Part shown: positions 9,348-19,325 of the stretch, in pieces
Numbering within the stretch: position 1 is the first letter of the stretch
How the letters are laid out: each line of letters begins with the position of its first letter
Made by a program: the position numbers and the translations under genes
Source of the DNA: Desulfosudaceae bacterium
GTDB taxonomy: Bacteria; Desulfobacterota; Desulfobacteria; Desulfobacterales; Desulfosudaceae
DNA: 64,000 bases
Direction: 5' to 3'
Assembly (NCBI GenBank): GCA_963674745.2
Contig: CAXXDV010000001.1
Coordinates: 640,001-704,000, forward strand
Notes under the pieces: model-generated
The model's database searches: none
What the model saw: the letters and a program-made list of their open reading frames with translations, nothing else
Told to the model about the DNA's origin: nothing

Positions 9348-9393
9348 ACTTCGAATCCGTAGGCCGGGGGTTCGAACCCCTCCGGGCGCGCCA
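9348..9393 (+). repeat. Direct repeat of tRNA-Arg 3' half (att core, copy 2)
   Basis: 46 bp matching 714-759 with one mismatch, starting at the anticodon loop. Confidence 0.95.
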
Positions 9394-9404
9394 ATAAATT
9401 TATT

Positions 9405-10322
9405 TCAGAAAGTCCATGGACCTGACACAGTCCATTTTGAAGGCGGCGACTTTCGTGCAATCAAAGCCGAGGTTATCGGGCTGATAAATTCTTTCACTTG
9501 CATGACAATGATTTCGAACTCAGCAGGAACATGATCATGTTTGAGCTTTTTCCTGAAAGCATTCCATTGGACTTGTTTTGCTATGATGAACTCATGTGAA
9601 AAGGCAACTATATTTATGCTGTCTGGAAGTTCTGTCCCACGTTGCTCAAGCGTCAATCTGATCGCTTCTGACAGAATCTTACCATCAAAATCAAAATTGC
9701 GCGAAAGAAGCCAGATATCATAGAAATCCTTCATCCGGCTGTTCAACTCTCGACGTTTCAACATGGCTTCAAATTTTTCCGCGATCGAACTTTCACGGCT
9801 GTAACACAATAATTGAGGGGCCGGGAACTCCAGTATCGTCGGTATTTCTGATCTTTCAGGTTCGGGATAGATAATATCGCCGAATCCTATATCAATCTGT
9901 ATATTAAGCCTCATTGTATCCAGTTTTGTCGGAAACGATATTCTGACGCCCTGATATTCCGCATCCTCAGTAATATGCTCGGCCATTATGTTTTCAGGAG
10001 AGAAAGAGAGTCCGTCAGGATCAACAGCAACGGTTAGTATATCGGTTATATTGGAAATAAGTGACGACACGTCATTGTCTGTTTTACCAAGCAGGTCAAT
10101 GTCCATCGTTGATCGGATTTCAGGCGCTTGCCAGATCCGAAGCATCAGCGCCCCCTTCAGGATAAACCGGTTGGCATGCCGAGATTGTGCCAGGCGATAC
10201 AGAAACCGCTCCATGGCATAGTAATGAACCAGTTCTTGAAAAGGACGGCCATCAGTTCTGGCTTTATTGAGCAGCCGCTGTCTTACGGAGGCTGAGACAT
10301 TTTTCACCTGCTTTTTTATCAA
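9405..10322 (-). CDS. abiEii: AbiEii/AbiGii-family nucleotidyltransferase toxin (type IV TA)
   Basis: ERFLYRL, FILKGAL, RSTMDIDL, AEKFEAM, SRMKDFYD motifs. Confidence 0.9.
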   Translation of the reverse strand: MIKKQVKNVSASVRQRLLNKARTDGRPFQELVHYYAMERFLYRLAQSRHANRFILKGALMLRIWQAPEIRSTMDIDLLGKTDNDVSSLISNITDILTVAVDPDGLSFSPENIMAEHITEDAEYQGVRISFPTKLDTMRLNIQIDIGFGDIIYPEPERSEIPTILEFPAPQLLCYSRESSIAEKFEAMLKRRELNSRMKDFYDIWLLSRNFDFDGKILSEAIRLTLEQRGTELPDSINIVAFSHEFIIAKQVQWNAFRKKLKHDHVPAEFEIIVMQVKEFISPITSALIARKSPPSKWTVSGPWTF

Positions 10323-10912
10323 AGTGTTGCCTCCAGATAAGGCGTCATAATCTTTTTTACCCGACAGACCTCAGCGTACCTCAGCAGCTTTTCGAGATTG
10401 AATGGTTGCCTGGTTCGATACAGCTTAAGCGCTTCAAGAACAACCTCCATTCCAACTTTGTTCCGGAACTTAAAACAATCGGCCAGGGTCTTCTCCGGAG
10501 TATAGATCCTTACGTTTGCACCATCTATGGTGTGTTTTTCGATGCCGGAGGTGTAAGCTTTATCAGAGAATCGATGGGCCTGAACAGGAGGGTAGTCGAG
10601 AGAAGGGGCTCTTGAGTTTTTTGGCACCGCCACGGAAACAACATGTGGAATCTGGGTCGTGATATTATGGTAATGCAGGGCTGAGATAAGGCAGATTACG
10701 GTATTAGGGAACCGAAGGCTTACTGTAACAAGATCCGGGTTGGATAGCGGGGGCAGTTCCACAAGGCGATAAACACCTCTGGTCACTTGCTCTATTAGCC
10801 CCCTGTCTCTTAGCGAATAAAGCATATAACGCGTAATACCATGTGAAATCGCCTCACTCATTCGAAGTTGCCCGCCATGCTTCCGGAAAATTGTTAGTGG
10901 AGATTCTTTCAT
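10319..10912 (-). CDS. abiEi: AbiEi-family antitoxin/transcriptional regulator
   Basis: N-terminal wHTH (RGVYRL), ICLISAL.YH..TTQIP, EKTLADCFKFRN; 4-nt overlap with toxin gene. Confidence 0.9.
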   Translation of the reverse strand: MKESPLTIFRKHGGQLRMSEAISHGITRYMLYSLRDRGLIEQVTRGVYRLVELPPLSNPDLVTVSLRFPNTVICLISALHYHNITTQIPHVVSVAVPKNSRAPSLDYPPVQAHRFSDKAYTSGIEKHTIDGANVRIYTPEKTLADCFKFRNKVGMEVVLEALKLYRTRQPFNLEKLLRYAEVCRVKKIMTPYLEATL

Positions 10913-10920
10913 CTTTTTAA

Positions 10921-10968
10921 TCAGACATATTGTATATATTTGTAAATAATTAATGACATTATGTCTGA
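10921..10968. promoter_or_regulatory. Inverted repeat in abiE promoter, probable AbiEi operator
   Basis: TCAGACATATTGT ... ACATTATGTCTGA (13 bp, 1 mismatch) immediately upstream of the abiEi start. Confidence 0.6.
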
Positions 10969-11035
10969 ATCAGGATAAAAAAGTCAAGATGAATTTGAAA
11001 ATCCCTCAAAATTCGGACGAGACTTAAATTCTTAG

Positions 11036-11100
11036 GTTCTTGCAATACCTTGCATTGGTTGCGCATAGGTTGCAGCGAGAGGTCGCTCCAGGGCAACCTT
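11036..11100 (+). repeat. Second copy of att arm-like region, lacking an intact tRNA core
   Basis: 65-bp near copy of 9236-9300, offset exactly 1800 bp. Confidence 0.85.
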
Positions 11101-11164
11101 GACAATTATTTGCTAAACAAAATCATTTTTCTGACCTTCTATTAAGTCAAAAACAAGCCCGGGT

Positions 11165-11180
11165 TCGACAATAATGTCGA
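11165..11180. promoter_or_regulatory. Palindrome, candidate enhancer (UAS) for the sigma54 activator
   Basis: TCGACA-ATAA-TGTCGA about 100 bp upstream of a -24/-12-like promoter; another TGTCGA half-site at 11195-11200. Confidence 0.5.
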
Positions 11181-11276
11181 GCGAACACCTGGTTTGTCGA
11201 GCCCCACCTGCTTTCTAATCGGGCACATATTCTTTTACCTACTGGTTTCATAGCATATTTTGCCAGCCGCAGGGGT

Positions 11277-11292
11277 TGGCATGGTTATTGAT
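11277..11292 (+). promoter_or_regulatory. Candidate sigma54 -24/-12 promoter
   Basis: TGGCAT-GGTTA-TTGAT versus consensus TGGCAC-N5-TTGC (GA rather than GC at -12); gene cluster encodes its own sigma54 activator. Confidence 0.5.
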
Positions 11293-11357
11293 TTGATTGT
11301 TGTCAGATTGATTGGAAATGAATTTGAACAATAATCAAAACAAAAAGGAGCAAAACA

Positions 11358-11993
11358 ATGAAAAACATCAAATCAAAGATCATTGTCACAGTAATCGCCT
11401 TAAGTCTTTTCGTCATGGTACCGGCGACCTTTGCCGGGAACGGGAGAGGACAGGGCCAGGGCGCCGGAGACGGGAGCGGTCCTATTCACAGCATTCTTGA
11501 CGGCGTCCCTGTTGTGGTTGACGGTACGGTGGTCGCTTTGGGGACCAAGGGAAATGGTATCGAAATCGACGACGGTATCGACATTGTCACCGTATACGGC
11601 CTGGGGCCTGTTGCCTTCTGGGATGCAGCGGGAATGGTAAAGCCGGAAATCGGTGAAGACATCGTGGTCAACGGATTCGAAATTACCCTGTCGGATGGAT
11701 CAACCAAAATTATCGTGGCAAGCATCACCATTGGCGGGGATGAAATTATCCTTCGCGACCCGGAAACAGGCGCCCCCCTGTGGCGCGGCATTAACCGGTT
11801 TAACAATCAAAATCGAAACAGGACCGGGGACTGCGTATCTTTGTTGGATACCCCTGCTGATACACGGCTTCTCGCAAAAGGAGGAAACGGTCGTGGCGGG
11901 CATGGTCCGAAAGACGGCACCGGCAATGGGGGCAACGGCCCAAAAGACGGTTCCGGTTATGGGAAAAAAGCCGGCACCTGTAACATTGGCTGA
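11358..11993 (+). CDS. Exported protein with Gly-rich termini (GPKDGTG/GPKDGSG repeats), function unknown
   Basis: AAGGAG RBS, signal peptide ending ATFA, beta-rich core, Gly-rich ends. Confidence 0.75.
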   Translation: MKNIKSKIIVTVIALSLFVMVPATFAGNGRGQGQGAGDGSGPIHSILDGVPVVVDGTVVALGTKGNGIEIDDGIDIVTVYGLGPVAFWDAAGMVKPEIGEDIVVNGFEITLSDGSTKIIVASITIGGDEIILRDPETGAPLWRGINRFNNQNRNRTGDCVSLLDTPADTRLLAKGGNGRGGHGPKDGTGNGGNGPKDGSGYGKKAGTCNIG

Positions 11994-12214
11994 TATTGTT
12001 GAAAAAATATCCGGTTGAGCGGAAGGCCTAAAAATTGCGGTCATCACCGGAAAAGGACGCGGCCTCCGCCAACCCGGATATTTGCAAGAGACTTCATGTT
12101 TTTTATAAATATGCAAAACATTGAATTAAGAAAGAATATCATGATAAAAAGAGCAGGGACTAACATTTTTTCTCCAATCGTGTTCTTTATGAAGGATACT
12201 CGGGCATAGCGGAT

Positions 12215-13195
12215 ATGGTTTTTCAAAAAAATCGCACAACATCAAAGTTCACTCGCTATACCCTTATTCGGTTCTTTCCAATTCTAATTGTTATTCTTTT
12301 CCCAAAAATACAAACGCAGGCTTCGGCAATAGACACGGCCGTTGCGTTTGCGGTCGGGTATGATGACAACGTGACGCTTTCTCCGGTTTCTAAAAACTCG
12401 GCGTTTGCCCGCTATCAGGCATATCTGGCCCGGAATTTTTTTTCTGATGGAAGCCTGGCCGACTTCAAGGGTTATATCGGCGCCCAATATCAGGATTATT
12501 TCAGTGCCGGGGATAATTATTATATGTATGCCGGTGCTTCACTTGGTTACCCTGTGGCGGAAGGGCGATTAGTGCCTGAATTGTATTATGAAGGAACAAT
12601 ATTTCGTGACGATGAACTGCCTGAAGACAGTATGAACGAACATTGTCTGGGTGGTCGCCTGGACTGGTTCCCCCAGGCAAGAATCATTATCGGACTTCGG
12701 CAAAGCTGGTGCTGGCAGGATTATCGGGACAAAGAAGGCCCCGAAGTCTCTGGCAAACAAAAAGGCATGAACGGTCAGACCGGCCATGATGAATTAGAAT
12801 CACGTGATGACCGCCTGAGTTCAACCGGCTTAATGCTTCACTACAGTTTTACGCCTCAAACAGATGCGGAAATCTTATTCACACATGACCGATCATCTTC
12901 TTCCATTGAAAGAGAATCTTATTCAGAAAACGGCCTGGCATTATCGCTGTTATGGACGCCTATGGATCATTGGGAATTTTCCGGTAGGATGGGATGGGGA
13001 AAAACGGATTATGACCGTTCACCCCAGGATGTAAAAAGACAGGACAAGACCTGGCGGTTCGGTGTTGAGATAGGCCGTATAATTAATAAATACAAAATAT
13101 TTGCCCGTTATGAAAAAACAGACAATGACTCCTCGATTGATGAGGAAACTTATAAGAATATGGTGACGCAATGCGGCGTTTCATGTTTTTTTTAA
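12215..13195 (+). CDS. Putative outer-membrane beta-barrel protein
   Basis: Signal-like N-terminus, GYDDNV motif, alternating aromatic beta strands, C-terminal Phe. Confidence 0.65.
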   Translation: MVFQKNRTTSKFTRYTLIRFFPILIVILFPKIQTQASAIDTAVAFAVGYDDNVTLSPVSKNSAFARYQAYLARNFFSDGSLADFKGYIGAQYQDYFSAGDNYYMYAGASLGYPVAEGRLVPELYYEGTIFRDDELPEDSMNEHCLGGRLDWFPQARIIIGLRQSWCWQDYRDKEGPEVSGKQKGMNGQTGHDELESRDDRLSSTGLMLHYSFTPQTDAEILFTHDRSSSSIERESYSENGLALSLLWTPMDHWEFSGRMGWGKTDYDRSPQDVKRQDKTWRFGVEIGRIINKYKIFARYEKTDNDSSIDEETYKNMVTQCGVSCFF

Positions 13196-13584
13196 TAATA
13201 CTGATTCATCTGGTTACCATCCCGGCGGCGGCGGCGGATGCCATCTTGGGCACCGTTGTTTCACTTGATCGTGAAAAAGGAGAAATGACCGTCCGTTTAA
13301 GTGACACCTTTAATTCGATTGATGAACCCGAAGTCAATACTGAACCAGAAATTGTAACGGTCAATTTTAACGCCGATCAATTGGAAAAAAGCATTAAAGT
13401 CGGCAGGCTGGTGCGGCTGTGGGGCAGTTTTGGGTCAGGCGCACAAAACGTCTTTCAAGCCACCGTAATTGAAAGAAGCGACAGACAAAACAGGTTTGAC
13501 CCGACCGGCGTGCGGGGACGGCTTGGGAAAAGAAGGGGAATGGGCAGCGGACATCATGGCGGAAAAGGACGTGGCGGCAATTGA
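13171..13584 (+). CDS. Small exported beta-rich (OB-fold-like) protein with Gly/basic tail
   Basis: Signal peptide (AAAA-D), GTVVSLD...VRLWG, overlaps both neighbours. Confidence 0.65.
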   Translation: MRRFMFFLIILIHLVTIPAAAADAILGTVVSLDREKGEMTVRLSDTFNSIDEPEVNTEPEIVTVNFNADQLEKSIKVGRLVRLWGSFGSGAQNVFQATVIERSDRQNRFDPTGVRGRLGKRRGMGSGHHGGKGRGGN

Positions 13585-15176
13585 AAAAGAGGCATGAAGG
13601 GACACCCATTATAAATCATTTTCAAATAAAATCTCCGTGGAAAGCCAACATCATTGTTATCGGGACATTGATTCTGATTGTTTTGGGATACTTCTTCTGG
13701 CAGCTCCAGTATACTGAAAAAACATTTCGCAATCATATTAACGATCATGCCCTGATGCTGGCCGGTATGATTCGTTTGAATGCCGACAATTCAGTATTAT
13801 CACAGGAAATCATCGAAGAGATCATGGTGACTTTTCTGGGGAATTCTGCACGTTTCGTCGATTACCTGGATTCCATAGAACCGTTTAACAGTGATGAGCT
13901 GACCGCATTTGCCGAAGAGTCCGGGCTGGCGGGCATCTGTATCGTCAGAAAAGACGGACGGATTGTGGAGGGCCCCCCCGGATGGTTTCTCCTGAAAAAC
14001 CGTTACCATACTGAGAATTTTGTCATTCATCATTTAAAAGACAACAATATCTACTATTTTTCTATCCCGGGCAATAACGATTCAACATGCATCCATGTCG
14101 GACTGGCCGGCAAAAGAATCGACGAATTAAAAAACCAGGTTGATCTGAACCATATGTTGAGCATCCTGTCAGGGCAGCCCGGCATCCGGTATGTTCACCT
14201 TGACCAGAAACGTTTGTCAGATAATAATCCAGGGCCCCTTTCCAATGTAAAAATGATTGAAAATAAAAATGGCCGGATTGCCGAAGTGCGTGTCCCTCTG
14301 GGAGACGATGTTCTGGTAGTTGGACTTGAAGCGATCAGTTTCTTTAAACGTGTCAATCAACTCCGTTATGAATTCATTGTTTTCAGCATCATTATTGCCG
14401 GTTTAGGCGCTTTTTTCACCTGGGTTCTTTACCGTTACCAGATGGCACATCTGGCCCAGGCACAAAAATTTGAGCGTCGACTGGCGGCCGAACAGGAGGA
14501 CGCCGCCCTGGGCCGGGCATCGGCCACCATCACCCATGAAATACGAAACCCTTTGAATGCCATCAGTATGGGGCTTCAACGCCTGGGTTTAGAAGCCGAT
14601 GAAATGAACGACGAGCATCGCGACCTGGTTTTAAACCTGCAAAAAGCCGTGCAGAGGACCGACAATATTATCAACGGACTTCGTCGTTACTGCACCCCCC
14701 TGGTTCCCCGGCTTGAAAATGTCAGGATCGATTCGATTATCGACCACATTCTGGCTTTATACCGGCAGGCCTGCACCGACAACTCAATCTCGATTAATTA
14801 CCACCCTGAATATCAGCAAACGATTGCTGCTGATTTTAATCTTCTGGAAGAGGTTTTCGAAAATTTAGTCAAAAACGCGATAGAAGCACAACCAGACGGC
14901 GGTGATATTGAGATCAGGCTTTACAAAAAAAGCCCGGATCTTGTTATTTCCATAGAAAACGGCGGATTTGATTTGTCTTCAGATGAGGCGGATAAAATTT
15001 ACAAACCGTATTTCACAACCAAAACCAGGGGGTCCGGTTTAGGGCTATCCATTTCCGCCCGAATTATCCGTGCCCATGGCGGGCGGATGGAACTACAGGT
15101 GCCGGATGCCGGGCGCCTGCGAATCAACATTTTTCTTCCGGTTGAAAGAGATGATCATGAAAATTCTCGTGGTTGA
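13581..15176 (+). CDS. Membrane sensor histidine kinase
   Basis: Two TM segments, H-box HEIRNPL, N-box NLVKNAIEA, FTTK, GSGLGL. Confidence 0.95.
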   Translation: MKKRHEGTPIINHFQIKSPWKANIIVIGTLILIVLGYFFWQLQYTEKTFRNHINDHALMLAGMIRLNADNSVLSQEIIEEIMVTFLGNSARFVDYLDSIEPFNSDELTAFAEESGLAGICIVRKDGRIVEGPPGWFLLKNRYHTENFVIHHLKDNNIYYFSIPGNNDSTCIHVGLAGKRIDELKNQVDLNHMLSILSGQPGIRYVHLDQKRLSDNNPGPLSNVKMIENKNGRIAEVRVPLGDDVLVVGLEAISFFKRVNQLRYEFIVFSIIIAGLGAFFTWVLYRYQMAHLAQAQKFERRLAAEQEDAALGRASATITHEIRNPLNAISMGLQRLGLEADEMNDEHRDLVLNLQKAVQRTDNIINGLRRYCTPLVPRLENVRIDSIIDHILALYRQACTDNSISINYHPEYQQTIAADFNLLEEVFENLVKNAIEAQPDGGDIEIRLYKKSPDLVISIENGGFDLSSDEADKIYKPYFTTKTRGSGLGLSISARIIRAHGGRMELQVPDAGRLRINIFLPVERDDHENSRG

Positions 15177-16491
15177 TGATGAAAAAATGCAGCGTGACTT
15201 AATGAAAGGGTTCCTGGAAAAGCAAGGCTATGATGTAAGCGTGGCCGCGGATGGTAATGAGGCGCTGACATTGTTTTCAAACTACCCGTTTCAACTGGTC
15301 CTTCTGGACAACCGGATGCCGGATTCGTCCGGTGCCGAAGTTCTGGAACGGATAAAGACCATCAACCCCCTGGTGCGCTGCATTATGATTACGGCTTACG
15401 GGTCGGTGGATACGGCTGTGGAAGTCATGAAACTGGGGGCTGACGATTTTCTTGAAAAACCGGTGGATCTTTCGGCCCTGCTGGAAAAAATCAGATTGAT
15501 TGAAAAATCCATCATAATAGAAGAAGAAGCCGCAAGTGTTTCAGAGGCCTTGGCGGCAAAAGAACTGCCGATCAGGATGATCGGTGAAAGCAAAAATATG
15601 AAAATCGTTTTTTCCCTGGTCAGGCGAATCGCGCCGACGGATTGGACGGTCTTAATTCAGGGAGAAACCGGAACCGGAAAAGACTTAATCGCCAGAATTC
15701 TCCACATGCTCAGCCCGAGGAACGAGAATCCGTTTATAGAAGTGAATTGTGCCGCCATCCCGGAAAACCTGTTCGAGTCAGAATTTTTCGGGCATGAAAA
15801 AGGCGCCTTTACCGGAGCGGTATCCAGCCGCAAAGGCAGCTTTGAACTGGCACAAAAGGGGAGCCTGTTTCTGGATGAAGTGGGAGAATTGCCCGTAAGT
15901 TTACAGGCTAAACTGCTGAGGGCTTTACAGGAGAAAAGGATCAACCGGGTGGGCAGTGCGCAAAGCATTCCCATTGATGTCCGTGTGTTTGCGGCCACAA
16001 ACAGAGACCTCAAAAAAATGGTTGAAGACGGCAAATTCAGGGAAGACCTGTTTTACCGTTTAAAAGTTCTGGATCTTGAAGTACCGCCGCTCCGCCACAG
16101 AAAGGAGGATATTACACCTTTAGCAGAATTTTTCATCGATCGATACAGCTCCAGCCCTGTTCGATTTGATCCGGATGCTTTGGCCACACTGATTAAATAT
16201 ACTTTTCCCGGTAATGTCCGGGAACTTGAACACATGATCCAGCGGATTTTAACGCTTTCAAGGGGGACTGTCATCCGGCCAGAAGATTTACCTGCAGAGG
16301 TCCGTTTTCACCACGCCAACGATCAGGGGACATTGACCGAACGGCTTGAGACGGTCGAGCGGGAAATGATTATTTCCGCTCTGGAAAAACATGACTGGGT
16401 GCAGACCCATGCGGCCGACGACCTGGGGATCAGTGAACGGGTGCTTCGTTACAAAATGAAAAAGTATCGTATCAAAAACGATGGGAAATAA
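15157..16491 (+). CDS. Sigma54-dependent response regulator (NtrC/ZraR family)
   Basis: Receiver ILVVDDE...LLDNRMP, GETGTGK, GAFTGA, FREDLFYRL, PGNVREL, C-terminal Fis-type HTH. Confidence 0.95.
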   Translation: MKILVVDDEKMQRDLMKGFLEKQGYDVSVAADGNEALTLFSNYPFQLVLLDNRMPDSSGAEVLERIKTINPLVRCIMITAYGSVDTAVEVMKLGADDFLEKPVDLSALLEKIRLIEKSIIIEEEAASVSEALAAKELPIRMIGESKNMKIVFSLVRRIAPTDWTVLIQGETGTGKDLIARILHMLSPRNENPFIEVNCAAIPENLFESEFFGHEKGAFTGAVSSRKGSFELAQKGSLFLDEVGELPVSLQAKLLRALQEKRINRVGSAQSIPIDVRVFAATNRDLKKMVEDGKFREDLFYRLKVLDLEVPPLRHRKEDITPLAEFFIDRYSSSPVRFDPDALATLIKYTFPGNVRELEHMIQRILTLSRGTVIRPEDLPAEVRFHHANDQGTLTERLETVEREMIISALEKHDWVQTHAADDLGISERVLRYKMKKYRIKNDGK

Positions 16492-16735
16492 CCCTTTTTC
16501 CAAAGCTGTTCATTCATCCCAGTGACAGTTCCTGAAGGCGAAGTAAAAGATATTTATCTGGCTGCAAAACACTCCGCTGCACTGAAAGCATTAGTTAAAC
16601 TAATTTTTTGAATGTCTTGGGAATACACCATACTTCAGTTTAAAGAAAATCAACGTACCTTTTGGATAACCAAGACTAAGTTCAAAAACGGTTCCCTGTA
16701 TTCTATAATATAGCCGGACCGCCTTATTTTTTTAC

Positions 16736-16843
16736 GTTTCAGGGCAACTCTAACGATTTTGGCCAAATAATATCAACATGTTATGCATTTAAGTAAAACT
16801 TCGAATCCATAGGCCGGGAGGTCGAATCTCTCCGGGCGCGCCA
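16736..16843 (+). repeat. Third att copy: partial arm, IHF site and degenerate tRNA-Arg 3' half
   Basis: GTTTCAGGGCAAC as at 9285-9297; TATCAACATGTTA (16771-16783); core 16798-16843 with 4 mismatches to 714-759. Confidence 0.85.
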
Positions 16844-17024
16844 ATATTTCAGAACATTATGTTGTCAACAAAATCTTCCGGTTTTTAAAAAAGGTCAAAA
16901 AGAGGATGTTTTGGCATTTTTGCTATTCATCAAGGGGGAGGCATGGGCAGGTCATAATTGCCCGCTCTTGAAGACATGAGCATACGCAGCAATGAGACGA
17001 CAATGGGATAAATTAGCGTTTACA

Positions 17025-19232
17025 TTATTTAATATCGATCCATATTGGGCTTGCCCAAGCCATTTCATGATCTTTTTGAATAACACGAATATAATAAAAG
17101 ATATAAGGATTCGGAGAAAATTGATTGGGCGTCATTGATATCTCGTTAATAGGGATGTTATCTTCCCAATATGTTTCAAGATCAAGCCCGTTTCCTGTTA
17201 TTGAATGTACAATTTTATTGTTGCGTATAATTTGTAACTTTTCAACAGGGGCTGTTCCGTGAAATGCGATATGAAGGCGTCGCTTCGCCGCCAGATCAGG
17301 CATTGTTGTTGTATCCAACTCTGAGCCCATGGGGCTGCCATTTAAATCGTAATTTAAAAGTACCCTTTCGCCAGTTGTCGCAACGACTCTTCGGTTATAT
17401 AGGGCATCCCATAAAGCCTCTCTGGTAAGGTCGGTTGCGAGTACGCCCATGACACCGTCCTTGGTCCATAAATCCTTCATGCCGACGATCCCGGCCGTAC
17501 CGGAATGATCGTCTCCGCCAGCAGCAAATCCGACACGCCATCCACGTCCAAGCGCATCTTGCACATAGCCGTGAGGAAACGAAATCGCTTTTGGATGCAA
17601 TAGATTTCCGTTTTCCACCGAGCATTCATAGCTCCCTCTGACTTGAAATATTTCAACCAGCCTTTCAAACTCAGGGGCATGATTTTTCCAGTTGCAATAT
17701 GAGGATGCTTCTGCAGTATGGTGTGGTATTGCTATTACCGCTTCATTACTTTTCCGCAAAACATTAAAAAGATCCGTTCGTTCAGTATAATATAGGCTTC
17801 TATACATGGGGGCGCTATCGTTCAAATAGTATGCACAAAGATCGCCATTACCATCACCAAGCCAGTTATCCCATTCATACCCTAAGAAGGTTACGAACTC
17901 TCCGGGTTTATTATATTCCCGCACTTTCCGTGATATCCTTTCCCACAAAACATCCGGGGTGGACAGTATATTACAATGTTCAGAAGATGCTGCGAAATCT
18001 AAAGCAGCCTCGTCTCGCATCTGAAGGTAGTAATGATCCAGACTGCCGGTAGCATCCCAAGACATTTCTGAATGCCCGTGAATAACGCCCCAGTAAGTTT
18101 TATATTTATCTGGCGCCTCCTTGCATACGAAAGGATTTGTCATAACAGATTTGCCTGAGCTTTTATCGACTATATTTAAACGGTAAACACCTTTCTTTGA
18201 TATCGAAACGGTCACGTTACAACTTGTTGATACGGAATTCTTGATGCATTCCGGCTCCCAACTCGTATTTTCGGCATCAATTTTGATCGATTCTACTCCC
18301 TGTCGAGACAGGTTATTGCTTTTATCTTCAGGCCTGACCAGGATTGAAAAAGGTTTATTAATGATTACTTGTGAAGGTGCATAGGCCCGTATGTGATCTG
18401 TTTCTCCACCTTCAACGTTTATTAAACATGCCCCGATAATTGTTTGCGGATTCAAGTGAAACTGGTAATTCATCTTGATATGTTTTTTTAGAAATTGCTT
18501 CTTTTGATCGTCGTCATTATCAATATGCTCCAGAAAAAAGCATTTTCTTCCACTTATTGGAAAGCATATGTCATGAAAAGTTACGATGATCATGCTCCCG
18601 GCTGATAAATGTTCGGGGACTTTGAACATATTGCCGGATATATGAGGCAGTTTTACTTCGTTGCCAGTCTTAATGTAATATTTCCTGAAACTTAGCTTAT
18701 GCCTTTCACTGTCTAATTGAATGACGGCACCTTCAGGGACATTTTTCGAAAGAATGAAACGCAATTCCAGCTGCTCATTATTATCGTTTGCATAAACTTT
18801 TTCAGGGGTTGAGCGCTGTATGGTCACCCTGGGCGGTATTTTTATTGGCATACCATTATTGTTAAATAAAAAATCATAGGCATATACGATGTATCCCTTT
18901 TCAATGGTATTCCCCTGATCATTATTGACGTTTAAACCAATAAAATAATCACCGGGAATGTCGGCTATAAAAGTGGGCCTGGTCGTATTCGGATCGGATA
19001 GACGCGCATTGCTTTTTTCTGGTAATGAATAGAAAGACCAGTAATGTGTCAATGTACCCTTCTCAATATTATTTAGGTTTCCATCAAGTATCACTTTTGT
19101 TCCGGGTTTAACAATTGACGGCTTATTTGGAAGGACAAGAGTGCCGGATCTAGGCACAAAATGAGTATACATATAGAGACTTATACAAATAAATATCACT
19201 GTAACAAAAACAATTGATAATATTTTTTTCAT
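17025..19232 (-). CDS. Membrane-anchored PHP-like metallohydrolase (DUF3604-like) with N-terminal PKD/Ig-like domain
   Basis: YWGVIHGHS, FLGYEW, IPHH, VEIFQ, GGDDH, YYIRV...AWASPIW. Confidence 0.75.
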   Translation of the reverse strand: MKKILSIVFVTVIFICISLYMYTHFVPRSGTLVLPNKPSIVKPGTKVILDGNLNNIEKGTLTHYWSFYSLPEKSNARLSDPNTTRPTFIADIPGDYFIGLNVNNDQGNTIEKGYIVYAYDFLFNNNGMPIKIPPRVTIQRSTPEKVYANDNNEQLELRFILSKNVPEGAVIQLDSERHKLSFRKYYIKTGNEVKLPHISGNMFKVPEHLSAGSMIIVTFHDICFPISGRKCFFLEHIDNDDDQKKQFLKKHIKMNYQFHLNPQTIIGACLINVEGGETDHIRAYAPSQVIINKPFSILVRPEDKSNNLSRQGVESIKIDAENTSWEPECIKNSVSTSCNVTVSISKKGVYRLNIVDKSSGKSVMTNPFVCKEAPDKYKTYWGVIHGHSEMSWDATGSLDHYYLQMRDEAALDFAASSEHCNILSTPDVLWERISRKVREYNKPGEFVTFLGYEWDNWLGDGNGDLCAYYLNDSAPMYRSLYYTERTDLFNVLRKSNEAVIAIPHHTAEASSYCNWKNHAPEFERLVEIFQVRGSYECSVENGNLLHPKAISFPHGYVQDALGRGWRVGFAAGGDDHSGTAGIVGMKDLWTKDGVMGVLATDLTREALWDALYNRRVVATTGERVLLNYDLNGSPMGSELDTTTMPDLAAKRRLHIAFHGTAPVEKLQIIRNNKIVHSITGNGLDLETYWEDNIPINEISMTPNQFSPNPYIFYYIRVIQKDHEMAWASPIWIDIK

Positions 19233-19325
19233 TTAACGCCCTCATACTGTCTTGACTTTTAATGACTCGTTTATATCTAATGGTCCTGGCAACCAGATGA
19301 CGCCAGGCCATCATAAAGGACGAAA

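Noticed and set aside
9348..9393. Additional tRNA genes at 9348 and 16798
   Set aside because: Only the 3' half is present (no D-arm or 5' acceptor strand); treated as att repeats.
11151..11170. Fourth tRNA core copy (GCCCGGGTTCGAC)
   Set aside because: Too short a match and overlaps the TCGACA palindrome, which explains it equally well.
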